Notes under the pieces: model-generated
The model's database searches: none
Seen by the model: only the letters and a program-made list of their open reading frames with translations
What the model was told of the DNA's origin: nothing
Source: Escherichia coli
GTDB taxonomy: Bacteria > Pseudomonadota > Gammaproteobacteria > Enterobacterales > Enterobacteriaceae
NCBI RefSeq assembly: GCF_003790525.1
Contig: NZ_CP033635.1
Strand: one strand, 5' to 3'
Length of the DNA stretch: 64,000 bases
Program-made: the position numbers and the translations under genes
In this document: in pieces, positions 8,427 to 17,258 of the stretch
Numbering within the stretch: position 1 is the first letter of the stretch
How the letters are laid out: each line of letters begins with the position of its first letter

Positions 8427-9437
8427 ATGGCCGCATTACCATACATGCAACTGTACATCGCTGATTACCTGGCTGACACCATGCATTTATCAGCAGAGGA
8501 GCACGGTGCGTATTTGTTGCTGATGTTCAATTACTGGCAAACAGGAAAGCCAATACCTAAAAACAGGCTGGCAAAAATTGCCCGTCTGACTAATGAGCGA
8601 TGGGCTGATGTGGAGCCATCCTTGCGGGAGTTTTTTCACGATAACGGCGATGAATGGGTGCATCTTCGGATTGAGGAAGATCTGGCATCAGTCAGGGAAA
8701 AATTAACCAAAAAATCAGCCGCCGGAAAAGCATCTGTTCAGGCCAGAAGAAGCAGAAAGGAAGCAGATGTTCAAACAAAACAAGAGAGAGATTTAACAGG
8801 TGTTCAAACAAATGTTGGTGTGGTGTTTGAACATAACGCAAACACAAAGGCAACTAATAAAGATACAGATAAAGAATTAAACCCCACACATAACGCGCGC
8901 GTGCGCGAGAGTGCTCCGACCAGTGAACCGAACGGTACGCCGTTGCAGGTGGCGGAACCTGAATTTCCGGATGGCCTGAGTGAACCCATCGGGAAATTTC
9001 CGATGGCCGATGGCTGGCATCCGTCGCTGGATTTTCGACGACGGGCTGCGTTGTGGGGAGCAGCTTTGCCGGAACCGGAATTTACACCTGCTGAACTTGC
9101 CGCCTTCCGGGATTACTGGATGGCGGAGGGGAAAGTGTTCACACAGGTTCAGTGGGAGCAGAAATTCGCCCGTCACGTAAATCACGTCAGGGCGCAGGTT
9201 AAACCAGTCAGCAAGGGGGTGAACCATGCAGCAGCACCAGGTGGCACCGCATCACGGGCAGTTCAGGAAATTCGGGCAGCACGTGAGCAGTGGGAACGTG
9301 AAAACGGATTTTTCAGCGACGGAAACAGCCTGGAAGCTGTGGGAACTCATGGGGGAGGTTTATTCGGACCGCTGGACCCGGAAGAACGGGACCGCACCTT
9401 CGAAGCTCTGGATTGCACAGATTGGTGCGATGACTGA
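8427..9437 (+). CDS. Replication initiation protein (DUF1376/YdaU-like, O analog)
   Basis: 336 aa. The N-terminus MAALPYMQLYIADYLADTMHLSAEEHGAYLLLMFNYW is typical of DUF1376. It has a central low-complexity linker and sits before the P-like gene. Confidence 0.85.
   Translation: MAALPYMQLYIADYLADTMHLSAEEHGAYLLLMFNYWQTGKPIPKNRLAKIARLTNERWADVEPSLREFFHDNGDEWVHLRIEEDLASVREKLTKKSAAGKASVQARRSRKEADVQTKQERDLTGVQTNVGVVFEHNANTKATNKDTDKELNPTHNARVRESAPTSEPNGTPLQVAEPEFPDGLSEPIGKFPMADGWHPSLDFRRRAALWGAALPEPEFTPAELAAFRDYWMAEGKVFTQVQWEQKFARHVNHVRAQVKPVSKGVNHAAAPGGTASRAVQEIRAAREQWERENGFFSDGNSLEAVGTHGGGLFGPLDPEERDRTFEALDCTDWCDD
8768..8833. repeat. Iteron-like repeats inside the O-like gene (candidate ori)
   Basis: TGTTCAAACA at 8768-8777 and 8801-8810 and its inverted form TGTTTGAACA at 8824-8833, followed by an A/T-rich stretch (8848-8880). 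Confidence 0.35.
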
Positions 9438-9891
9438 GCAGCAAATCCGGCAGGTCTGCCGCCAGTGCATGGACCGCTGCCGGGCGGGTGAAACATGGCC
9501 TCCTGACCTGGCTGAGTTTGTGGCGCTGATTTCTGAAAGCGGAGCCAATCCATTCGGTCTGACGTTGGATGCCGTGATGGAGGAGTACCGTCGCTGGCGC
9601 AACGAGTCCTGGCGATACGACGGGAGCGATAAATACCCGTGGTCTCAGCCTGTGCTGTATCACATATGCCTCGAGATGCGTTCAAAGGGGATTGAGCGGC
9701 AGATGACCGAAGGGGAGTTAAAACGGCTTGCAGAACGGCAACTGACGAAATGGTCAAAGCATGTTGGTATGGGCCTCAGCGTTCCGCCAGTCCGGCGACA
9801 ACTGGCGGCCCCCAAACGCCCGTCGGGACCAACGCCAATTGAGTTGCTGAAACAGGAGTATGAACGCCGGAAAGCGGCTGGTTTTGTCTGA
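9226..9891 (+). CDS. Lambda P-like replication (helicase loader) protein
   Basis: The C-terminal half resembles lambda P (DKYPWSQPVLYHICLEM versus lambda ESYPWKSNAHYWLVTNL). The start is uncertain (ATG 9226, GTG 9298 or ATG 9349), and the longest form overlaps the O-like gene by 212 nt. Confidence 0.7.
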   Translation: MQQHQVAPHHGQFRKFGQHVSSGNVKTDFSATETAWKLWELMGEVYSDRWTRKNGTAPSKLWIAQIGAMTEQQIRQVCRQCMDRCRAGETWPPDLAEFVALISESGANPFGLTLDAVMEEYRRWRNESWRYDGSDKYPWSQPVLYHICLEMRSKGIERQMTEGELKRLAERQLTKWSKHVGMGLSVPPVRRQLAAPKRPSGPTPIELLKQEYERRKAAGFV

Positions 9892-9923
9892 GTTGAGAAG
9901 TAATTTTTACCGGGAGGAAATTT

Positions 9924-10688
9924 ATGGAGACTGTTTTTGACGCACTGAAAGCGATGGGAAAAGCCACATCGGTAGAACTGGCTACGCGACTTGATATCAG
10001 TCGTGAAGAAGTGCTGAACGAGCTGTGGGAACTCAAAAGAAATGGCGTCGTTGATAAAACTGGTCACACCTGGTTTCTGGCTGGCGAAGGTGAATCCCGG
10101 GTAACCGAAGAGCGACCAGAAAAATCTGAAGCACAGGATATGCTGACCGGGGAGGTTGAACAAAAAGTTACCGCAGACATGATGATTGAGTTTATCAGTC
10201 AGGAGGGGGCTAAAACGTGTGAGGAACTGGCGGGTAAGTTCGGTGTCAGCACTCGCAAGGTTGCTTCCACACTGGCGGTAGTAACCGCAACGGGGCGGCT
10301 GGCACGCGTTAATCGGAACGGTAAATTTCGTTACTGCATGCCGGGCGGTAATTTACCAGCAGAGCCGAAAGCGGCATCGGTAGCGGAAACTGATGGTAAA
10401 GCCTTTCCTCAGCCTGCATGTGTTGCGTTACCAGTACAGGAAGCTGCAACACAGGAAGATATTAAAACAGAAACTGTGGCGGACATTGTGCAGTCGCTGC
10501 CATCGTTCACCGAAACGCGAGCGGATGACCTGATTTTACCATCGCTGCATATGGCAAACCGCGAACTGCGTCGGGCGAAAAGTCATGTCCAGAAGTGGGA
10601 GCGAGTCTGCGCCGCGCTGCGGGAGCTGAATAAATATCGCGATATTGTCGCCCAGCTTTGCCAGGAGGAAACCAGTGAGCAACATTAA
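9924..10688 (+). CDS. Hypothetical protein with two winged-helix-like segments (DUF1627-like)
   Basis: 254-aa ORF. It contains [31 protein letters not shown] and a second similar segment, [18 protein letters not shown]. Confidence 0.65.
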   Translation: METVFDALKAMGKATSVELATRLDISREEVLNELWELKRNGVVDKTGHTWFLAGEGESRVTEERPEKSEAQDMLTGEVEQKVTADMMIEFISQEGAKTCEELAGKFGVSTRKVASTLAVVTATGRLARVNRNGKFRYCMPGGNLPAEPKAASVAETDGKAFPQPACVALPVQEAATQEDIKTETVADIVQSLPSFTETRADDLILPSLHMANRELRRAKSHVQKWERVCAALRELNKYRDIVAQLCQEETSEQH

Positions 10689-11244
10689 TTACCAGGCACT
10701 GCGAATGGCGGCAGAAAATGCAACCCCTGGCGAATGGTGTTCTGATGATTACTATGGGGTAATTGCTGATGCCGGACTGAACGCAAATTACTACATAGCA
10801 TCATGCTCAGGACCAGATAATCGCGCTAATAAGCGATTCATAGCAGCAGCCAATCCGGCTACCGTGCTGGCAGTGCTTGATGAACGGGAAGCCCAAAACA
10901 AACGCATTGCTGAACTGGAAATTAATCTTGCTGCACTTGCGGCGGAGAATGCGGGGCTGAAACACGCAATGGCCGTAACTCTTGAGCATGTGTCGGTCAC
11001 GGATGCAGGGCAGGCCGGAGTTGCTGCGATGATTATTAATGATGCCCTGCACCACAGCGAAACGCCAGCTACCGACGCTTTCCTGGCGGAAGTGCGGGCG
11101 CAGGGGGTGGATATGGCTCGTAACGCGATGATTGATTTTGTTGATGGTGAAGTTGGGCCAAACAAGAACGTTCCGGGGCTGATTAGAGGCGCAGAGATAT
11201 GCGTAAGTATTGCTGAACAGCTTCGCAAAGGAGGCAACCAGTGA
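10675..11244 (+). CDS. Ea22-like protein, paralog 1
   Basis: GTG start after AGGAGG. The N-terminus is [20 protein letters not shown], followed by a coiled-coil segment [15 protein letters not shown]. Confidence 0.75.
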   Translation: MSNINYQALRMAAENATPGEWCSDDYYGVIADAGLNANYYIASCSGPDNRANKRFIAAANPATVLAVLDEREAQNKRIAELEINLAALAAENAGLKHAMAVTLEHVSVTDAGQAGVAAMIINDALHHSETPATDAFLAEVRAQGVDMARNAMIDFVDGEVGPNKNVPGLIRGAEICVSIAEQLRKGGNQ

Positions 11245-11870
11245 GCGAAATTAATTACCAGGCACTGCGTGAGGCGGCGGAACGTGCAATTCCAGCAATG
11301 GAACGCCTGTTAATGTTGCCAGCTGATGATGATTTGTTAAGTGAACAGGAACTTAAAGATTACGGTGTGGATATTGATGCGCTCAACGCCTTCAAATTTC
11401 TGACCGGACCAGAAACCGTGCTGGCGCTGCTGGATGAACGGGAAAGAAACCAGCAATACATAAAACGCCGTGACCAGGAGAACGAGGATATTGCGCTAAC
11501 GGTAGGGAAGCTGCGCGTTGAGCTGGAAGCCGCAGAGAAGCGCATTGCAGAGCTGGAGGGTAATTTCACGGTGCTGGCAGTGGAGAATGCCTCAATGAAG
11601 CTGTTTATCAGGGGTTGTTGCTACGTGTTTGATGGTCAGCAGGATGAAATATCTGATGCGTATATCTGCGCAACAGACGGAGGGATGCCGCAAACCTCGA
11701 CTACAGATGCTTTCCTGGCTGATGTACGGGCGGTGGCGTTTAACGAGCTTCGCGCGGCGTTTGTCAGGCACGCAAAAGTTGCAGGACTGGATGATGCCGA
11801 TACCGTAACGCTTAAGGAAGTGACAGAAGCATTGTTGCATTGTGCGGAACAGATTCGCGCGCCTGAATAA
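11241..11870 (+). CDS. Ea22-like protein, paralog 2
   Basis: GTG start after AAGGAGG, overlapping the previous stop. It shares [25 protein letters not shown] and TDAFLA.VRA with paralog 1. Confidence 0.75.
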   Translation: MSEINYQALREAAERAIPAMERLLMLPADDDLLSEQELKDYGVDIDALNAFKFLTGPETVLALLDERERNQQYIKRRDQENEDIALTVGKLRVELEAAEKRIAELEGNFTVLAVENASMKLFIRGCCYVFDGQQDEISDAYICATDGGMPQTSTTDAFLADVRAVAFNELRAAFVRHAKVAGLDDADTVTLKEVTEALLHCAEQIRAPE

Positions 11871-11965
11871 TTAAATTTAGTGTTGTAAATAAAATTTAAT
11901 CCTTAACCGGAGGGATTTCTGCACCTTCAGAACAGCAGGAGGCCACCCGAAAGGGCGGTAGTGAA

Positions 11966-12148
11966 ATGCGAAAGTTCAAAATAATTATTGAAACTGGAAT
12001 AGCTGGTGGAGATTTTGAGGATGTATTCGAAGTGGACGATGACGCAACACCTGATGAAATTCATGACGAAGCAAAAGAAATTTTCTTTAACTACTGCAAT
12101 TACTCATATCACGAAATAAAAGACGAAGAGGAAGAACAAAATGGCTGA
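11966..12148 (+). CDS. Small acidic hypothetical protein (60 aa)
   Basis: ORF in operon orientation. Its stop overlaps the next small ORF. Confidence 0.5.
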   Translation: MRKFKIIIETGIAGGDFEDVFEVDDDATPDEIHDEAKEIFFNYCNYSYHEIKDEEEEQNG

Positions 12149-12317
12149 TTTTGGTTCAACTAAATACAACGTCAGTTTTGAAGAATGGCATGAACTGTTA
12201 ATGGATTATGCAGAGTTACGTGGTGGAAGTGCTGCTGATGCTGAAGCCTGGCGTGATGACTACGAAGCAGGAAAAACTCCGGTCGAAGCATATTGTGATG
12301 AGTGGGGCGATGAATGA
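12141..12317 (+). CDS. Small hypothetical protein (58 aa, below the ORF-track cut-off)
   Basis: MADFGSTKYNVSFEEWHELLMDYAELRGGSAADAEAWRDDYEAGKTPVEAYCDEWGDE. It overlaps the upstream ORF by 8 nt, and its stop overlaps the next start in ATGA, which suggests translational coupling. Confidence 0.45.
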   Translation: MADFGSTKYNVSFEEWHELLMDYAELRGGSAADAEAWRDDYEAGKTPVEAYCDEWGDE

Positions 12318-12829
12318 GCGAGATTAATTATCAGGAAGGGCATGAAATGGCAGGGCAGGCAAAACCAGTTGCATGGCGATATCGCTACGTGAAAAAAGGC
12401 GTTACGGACTTTCAGGAGAAGATGTGGGTTGGTGACTGGAAATATGTACCGACAAAAGAGGATTGCAACGACAGGCCGAGCTATGAGATTCAGGCCTTAT
12501 TCACTGCCCCGTCAGTCCCGGTGACATCAGAAGGACTGGTTAAAGCCGTGCGCTTTTATGAACAGGTAAAGCGTGAGAATCCACCAGTCGAAACAGGAGC
12601 ATGGAAAGATGCTGTTGATTGGGTGCTCAAAGAGGCCTGCTGTGCTGTCATTCTGAGTAAAGCCGACAATCCACTGGCATCCAGTAATCAGGTTGGCGAA
12701 TTAACAATGTGGGTTAAACGACTGGTCAGTCAACTGAAAAAAGCTCAGCCGGACTGCAAATTACCGGAGAAGGCGATGGATTACCTGAAACGAAATGGAC
12801 TGATAAGCGCGGAGGATATTTTACGATGA
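12314..12829 (+). CDS. Hypothetical protein with Ea22-type N-terminus (paralog 3, diverged)
   Basis: 171 aa beginning MSEINYQEG. The remainder is unrelated to paralogs 1 and 2. Confidence 0.7.
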   Translation: MSEINYQEGHEMAGQAKPVAWRYRYVKKGVTDFQEKMWVGDWKYVPTKEDCNDRPSYEIQALFTAPSVPVTSEGLVKAVRFYEQVKRENPPVETGAWKDAVDWVLKEACCAVILSKADNPLASSNQVGELTMWVKRLVSQLKKAQPDCKLPEKAMDYLKRNGLISAEDILR

Positions 12830-12914
12830 CCTGGCCTGAAGCATTCACAACGGCAGGAATTGCAATGGCGGAGGCGCTGGTGATGTATTCTATTTGCGGT
12901 TGGGGATAAATCGT

Positions 12915-12958
12915 TGAAAAAAGCTCCCGACACAAACATGAGTCGGGAGCTTTGATTT
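12915..12958. terminator. Bidirectional rho-independent terminator
   Basis: 11-bp stem AAGCTCCCGAC/GTCGGGAGCTT flanked by A6 on the left and a T-rich run on the right. It lies between convergent genes (the Ea22-like block and parE). Confidence 0.65.
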
Positions 12959-13033
12959 ATATGGCTTACGAATCCGCCAGCAAGAGAGCGGGCGGACATT
13001 TTATTCTAACACCGGAATTCTGTGGGGACAAGT

Positions 13034-13333
13034 TTATAAGAAATCGGTTTCATAACTTTGTCCGCCATGATAAACACCTGCGATAAAGACTTTATTGTCA
13101 TCAACGGCAAAAGCAATAATCGTTCTGTGGCGGAAATGAGTTACCCGCATCCCCTGGCGAATATCATCGCGTTTATTGCCCCGATGCGGAAATGCAGAAA
13201 ACCCATCAAGATAATCAAGAAGCGCATTGGCATAATTGTCAGCAATGACGCCTCCTGCTTTCTCCGTTATATATCTGTGCAGGTTTATTATCTGCTGTTC
13301 GGCCTCGGGGGTAATGATGACTTCAAATGTCAT
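13034..13333 (-). CDS. parE: ParE/RelE-family toxin
   Basis: 99 aa, MTFEVIITPEAEQQIINLHRYI...FPHRGNKRDDIRQGMRVTHFRHRTIIAF, which is a typical ParE pattern. It lies 5 nt downstream of the antitoxin gene. Confidence 0.9.
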   Translation of the reverse strand: MTFEVIITPEAEQQIINLHRYITEKAGGVIADNYANALLDYLDGFSAFPHRGNKRDDIRQGMRVTHFRHRTIIAFAVDDNKVFIAGVYHGGQSYETDFL

Positions 13334-13338
13334 GCAGA

Positions 13339-13596
13339 CTACTTCCCGGATCTAATCGCGGCGCGAACCTGTGAAATGGAGCGTCCGTTGTTTGGGTTTT
13401 CGCGGATAGAATCAAGAGAGGGGGCGACTGAATGCGTTAACCACGCTTCGATTGCTTTATCGCGCTCATTCAGTGCGCGAAGCCCTTCACGAATGACCTC
13501 GCTTTCTGAAGCATAGGCACCGGAAGCCACACGGGAGCGCACCATGTCAGCCATCTCGTTAGTTAATGTAATACTGAATTGTTGGGTTGTACGCAT
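13339..13596 (-). CDS. parD: ParD/CopG-type (RHH) antitoxin
   Basis: 85 aa from the internal Met (MRTTQQFSITLTNEMADMVRSRVASGAYASESEVIREGLRAL). This is a ribbon-helix-helix N-terminus. Confidence 0.85.
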   Translation of the reverse strand: MRTTQQFSITLTNEMADMVRSRVASGAYASESEVIREGLRALNERDKAIEAWLTHSVAPSLDSIRENPNNGRSISQVRAAIRSGK

Positions 13597-13731
13597 GGTA
13601 AACCTCACGGAGTAGGATAGAACACCATTCGATGATAGCACGCTGCCTGTTGACGACAACAGAAATCAGAGACAATATTGCCTCCAGCCAGCCTGAACAA
13701 CTGGCACCTGCTGCGCCAGCAGAGACAACGG

Positions 13732-14010
13732 ATGGCGCACGATACCAGATTACACAATTCTGATAATCTCGCCGTCTTTGCCAGCAGGCACGGGCGGCAT
13801 TCACACGCATTCAAATCTGACTGGTTCCGGCATGATCCATGTACTGAAGAACAGGCAGAGTGGCTAATTCAGAACTACCGCAGACGTGGTTACGAGTTTC
13901 AGAAAGACCTAAGTCTTGACCGCCTGTACTGGATCATCTCCGTCAGGCTCCCTTATTCCGAACGCCCACCGCGTCCATCCCGCACGTACCAGCAACGGAT
14001 CTGGAGGTAA
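13732..14010 (+). CDS. Hypothetical protein (92 aa)
   Basis: ORF from MAHDTRLH. Its 3' end contains the GGAGG that serves the next gene. No motif recognised. Confidence 0.45.
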   Translation: MAHDTRLHNSDNLAVFASRHGRHSHAFKSDWFRHDPCTEEQAEWLIQNYRRRGYEFQKDLSLDRLYWIISVRLPYSERPPRPSRTYQQRIWR

Positions 14011-14011
14011 C

Positions 14012-15064
14012 GTGAGGGTATTAGTGACACCTGAAATTGCTCACCGTCTGGGGATTGTACTTTTCAGACCCGGTCCTGATGCGATGCCTTTGTTTATGCA
14101 GGGGCGTGTGCTGGTGGAGCCTGAACCGAAAAGCATGCGCGGTCTGCCGTCCGGAGTCGTTCCTGCCGTTCGCCAGCCGTTGGCGGAAGATAAATCATTA
14201 CTCCCATTTTTCAGCAATGAGCGTGTGATTCGTGCTGCCGGCGGCGCTGGTGCACTGTCTGACTGGCTGTTGCGTCATGTCAAATCCTGCCAGTGGCCTC
14301 ATGGTGACTATCATCACAGTGAAACCGTCATACATCGTTACGGTACCGGAGCGATGGTGTTGTGCTGGCACTGCGACAACCAGCTGCGTGACCAGACATC
14401 CGAATCACTTGAGCAACTTGCTCAACAAAACCAGGCAGAATGGATGATTGACGTCATACGCCATGCAATGAACGGCACGCAGGAGCGGGAATTATCGCTG
14501 GCTGAATTATGCTGGTGGGCGGTGTGCAATCAGGTGACGGATGCACTACCCGAGACAGTATTGAGTCGTTCGATGGGATTACCTGCGGAAAAAATACGCT
14601 CTGTATACCGCGAAAGCGACATCATACCAGGAGAAAAGACCGCCACCAGCATACTGAAACAGCGCACAAAAAATCTTGTGCTGCCGACCCACCAGCAACA
14701 GAACCGACCACAGGAAAATAAGGTGGTCACCCTTACCGTTGATCCCGATTCTCCGGCTCAGTATCTCCGGCGCCAGAAACCACAACGGGAAGAGATGCCC
14801 GTATACACGCGCTGGGTAAAAACGCAGAAATGCATGACGTGTGGCAATCAGGCAGATGATCCGCATCACATCATTGGTCATGGACTGGGAGGGATGGGAA
14901 CAAAGGCTGACGATTTATTTGTTATTCCGCTGTGTCGTAAATGCCACAACGAACTGCATGCCGGGGTAAAAGAATTTGAAGAAAAACACGGCAGCCAGCT
15001 GTTGTTGTTGATTTGTTTTTTAATGCACGCGAAAAATTCGGGCGTCCTGAAGTGGAATGCATAA
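14012..15064 (+). CDS. DUF968 (YdfU-like) protein with C-terminal HNH-like Cys/His motif
   Basis: GTG start 4 nt after GGAGG. The C-terminus is CMTCGNQADDPHHIIGHGLGGMGTKADDLFVIPLCRKCHNELH. Confidence 0.8.
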   Translation: MRVLVTPEIAHRLGIVLFRPGPDAMPLFMQGRVLVEPEPKSMRGLPSGVVPAVRQPLAEDKSLLPFFSNERVIRAAGGAGALSDWLLRHVKSCQWPHGDYHHSETVIHRYGTGAMVLCWHCDNQLRDQTSESLEQLAQQNQAEWMIDVIRHAMNGTQERELSLAELCWWAVCNQVTDALPETVLSRSMGLPAEKIRSVYRESDIIPGEKTATSILKQRTKNLVLPTHQQQNRPQENKVVTLTVDPDSPAQYLRRQKPQREEMPVYTRWVKTQKCMTCGNQADDPHHIIGHGLGGMGTKADDLFVIPLCRKCHNELHAGVKEFEEKHGSQLLLLICFLMHAKNSGVLKWNA

Positions 15065-15430
15065 ATGACTGAACACATAGAATTTGTTTTGCCTTACCCG
15101 CCAACGGTGAATACTTACTGGCGACGTCGTGGCAGCACATATTTTGTATCAAAAGTCGGTGAACGTTATCGCCGGGATGTGGCGTTAATTGTTCGCCAAC
15201 AGCGGTTGAAATTAAACCTGTCCGGAAGGCTGGCAATAAAAATTATTGCAGAGCCACCGGATAAGCGCCGCCGCGACCTGGACAATATCCTGAAGGCACC
15301 ACTGGATGCACTGACGCATGCCGGACTATTCATAGACGACGAGCAGTTTGATGAAATTAATATTGTGCGCGGTCAGCCCGTTCCTGGTGGGCGGCTGGGG
15401 ATAAAAATCACAGAACTGGAGTGCGCATGA
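15065..15430 (+). CDS. rusA: Holliday junction resolvase RusA
   Basis: 121 aa, with FVLPYPPTVNTYWRRRG ... DLDNILKAPLDALTHAGLFIDDEQ. Confidence 0.95.
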   Translation: MTEHIEFVLPYPPTVNTYWRRRGSTYFVSKVGERYRRDVALIVRQQRLKLNLSGRLAIKIIAEPPDKRRRDLDNILKAPLDALTHAGLFIDDEQFDEINIVRGQPVPGGRLGIKITELECA

Positions 15431-16095
15431 ATAACCAGTATTTACAGTTTGTGCGTGAGCAGCTCATTATCGCCACCGCTGATTTGAGTGGGGCAACAAA
15501 AGGTCAGCTTGAAGCCTGGCAGGAGAATGCCATGTTCGATACAGGGCGTTACAGGCGTAAAAAAATCCGGTACCGCGATGAAGTGACTGGAAAAATGATA
15601 ACGCGGGATAATCCACCAATCCCGGGAAAACAATCGCTGGCGAAAGGCTCATCAATTGCCCTGGTCAGCCCGGTTGAGTTTTCGACATCATCATGGCGGC
15701 GGGCGGTTCTGTCTATTGAAGAACATCAGAAAGCCTGGTTGTTGTGGTGTTACAGCGGGAGTATTTGCTGGGAGTATCAGGTCACTATAACCCACTGGGC
15801 ATGGGAAGAGTTTAAGGCCCATTGTGGCAACAGGAAAATTGCAGAGAAAACACGGGAACGCCTGAAAAAATTAATCTGGCTGGCGGCGCAGGCAGTAAAA
15901 GCAGAAATTTTTGGTAAGGAAGGTTACGAATACCAGGATCTGGCATTACTGGCGGGAGTGACAGCCAAAAACTGGTCCAAAACATTTACTGGTCACTGGA
16001 TTGCAATGAAACACATTTTTCACCGGCTGGATAGTGAGGCTTTATTGTTTGTGACGAGAACACGTTCAAAACAAAAGGCGGCATTTTCACAGTAA
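15427..16095 (+). CDS. Late-gene antiterminator Q
   Basis: 222 aa. The ATG overlaps the rusA stop (ATGA). It is the last gene before a strong promoter-plus-terminator pair, and its sequence is of the phage antitermination Q (QuuD/82-type) kind. Confidence 0.8.
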   Translation: MNNQYLQFVREQLIIATADLSGATKGQLEAWQENAMFDTGRYRRKKIRYRDEVTGKMITRDNPPIPGKQSLAKGSSIALVSPVEFSTSSWRRAVLSIEEHQKAWLLWCYSGSICWEYQVTITHWAWEEFKAHCGNRKIAEKTRERLKKLIWLAAQAVKAEIFGKEGYEYQDLALLAGVTAKNWSKTFTGHWIAMKHIFHRLDSEALLFVTRTRSKQKAAFSQ

Positions 16096-16099
16096 AGTA

Positions 16100-16128
16100 T
16101 TGCAAAAGTAGATTAAAAGGCATATATT
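16100..16128 (+). promoter_or_regulatory. Candidate late promoter PR'
   Basis: TTGCAA, then a 17-nt spacer, then TATATT, immediately downstream of Q. Confidence 0.5.
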
Positions 16129-16178
16129 TCGTGTGAATTTGATATTCTGCCGATTTTGTACGTAATGGCAAATCAAGC

Positions 16179-16206
16179 AAAACCCGCCGCCGAGTGGGTT
16201 TTTTTA
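16179..16206 (+). terminator. Candidate tR' terminator
   Basis: AAAACCCGC...GTGGGTTTT hairpin followed by a T7 run, about 50 nt downstream of the candidate PR'. Confidence 0.5.
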
Positions 16207-16345
16207 TACCTGAAAAAGACACAGAACATTAAATGTGATGGCTATTGTGCTATGAGTTTTTCCTGCTATGAAGCTTCTTGACTACATGGAGCTCCATTTG
16301 TTATGCAATATATTGTTATGTTTTTGAGTTGTTAATGGTGTTGCT

Positions 16346-17059
16346 ATGGATGACAGTACTCTGCTCAGGTACTCTTCACTTTTTGTTGCTTATATGGGAT
16401 GTCTTGGGTGGGGAAGCGCTTACTTTTATGGCTGGGGTACATCCTTTTATTATGGTTTCCCATGGTGGGTGGTTGGGGCTGGTGTCGATGATGTGGCCAG
16501 AAGCCTTTTTTATGCCGTTACAGTCATTGTTATATTCCTGATTGGGTGGGGAGTCGGTGTTGTTTTCTTCCTGGGGATCAAACAAAAAAATAATGTGCAG
16601 GATCTGAGTTTTATCAGACTTTTTCTGGCGATATTGTTGCTTTTTGTTCCGCCTGCTCTGGAGTTTTCAGTAATTCATCGACGCGTTGCGCTAGATGCAT
16701 TGGTTTTATGCGTTATTGCTGCCTTAATAATTACGGTTTTTGTCAGGTCAGGAAGAAGACTTATTTCAGTCAAATGTTTTTCGGAAATGTCTTTTATTCG
16801 TCATCACTGGATTGAGTGTATGATGGTCGGATTCATGATCTATTTCTGGGGATTTTCACTTATTGCCGGTTGGTACAAACCCCAGTTTAAGAAGGAATAT
16901 CAGATGCTCCACTATGATAGTGTCTGGTATTATGTTCTTGCACGCTATGATGACAGGCTGGTGTTGTCGAAATCGTACAGTAATGGGAGTTCTACATTCG
17001 TTATACTTAATAGCGGGCAGATTGATGACTTCGAAGTTAATGTAGTCAGAGTGCGTTAA
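16346..17059 (+). CDS. Polytopic membrane protein of unknown function (moron)
   Basis: 237-aa ORF with about five hydrophobic segments rich in aromatic residues and Gly, and a soluble C-terminal ~60 aa. It lies in an A/T-rich DNA island between tR' and the tRNA cluster. Confidence 0.65.
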   Translation: MDDSTLLRYSSLFVAYMGCLGWGSAYFYGWGTSFYYGFPWWVVGAGVDDVARSLFYAVTVIVIFLIGWGVGVVFFLGIKQKNNVQDLSFIRLFLAILLLFVPPALEFSVIHRRVALDALVLCVIAALIITVFVRSGRRLISVKCFSEMSFIRHHWIECMMVGFMIYFWGFSLIAGWYKPQFKKEYQMLHYDSVWYYVLARYDDRLVLSKSYSNGSSTFVILNSGQIDDFEVNVVRVR

Positions 17060-17181
17060 TATTGCCTGAGTAATTTTCTGTTGACCGCTCAAATTCTTTT
17101 ACCATGTGTAGGCCAATATGCAGGATTTAATCAGGGAAGGGTATTGCAGAGCAAAACTGGCATAAGTATTATTCCGCATAC

Positions 17182-17257
17182 GTCCCTTTAGCTCAGTGGT
17201 GAGAGCGAGCGACTCATAATCGCCAGGTCGCTGGTTCAAATCCAGCAAGGGCCACCA
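17182..17257 (+). tRNA. tRNA with CAT anticodon (Met or lysidine-modified Ile2 type)
   Basis: 76-nt cloverleaf with D stem GCTC/GAGC, anticodon loop CTCATAA, T arm GCTGG-TTCAAAT-CCAGC and an encoded CCA. There is one acceptor-stem mismatch (U2-C71). Confidence 0.85.
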
Positions 17258-17258
17258 A

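Noticed and set aside
13916-14011. Upstream extensions of the DUF968 ORF (start 13916) and of the 149-aa membrane protein ORF (start 20134).
   Set aside because: Internal starts with good Shine-Dalgarno spacing (GTG 14012, ATG 20314) fit better. The extensions overlap upstream genes and look non-protein-like.
16278-16541. 87-aa ORF overlapping the start of the membrane-protein gene in another frame.
   Set aside because: The overlapping 237-aa frame has consistent TM-segment structure through its whole length. The 87-aa frame is a by-product of the biased composition.
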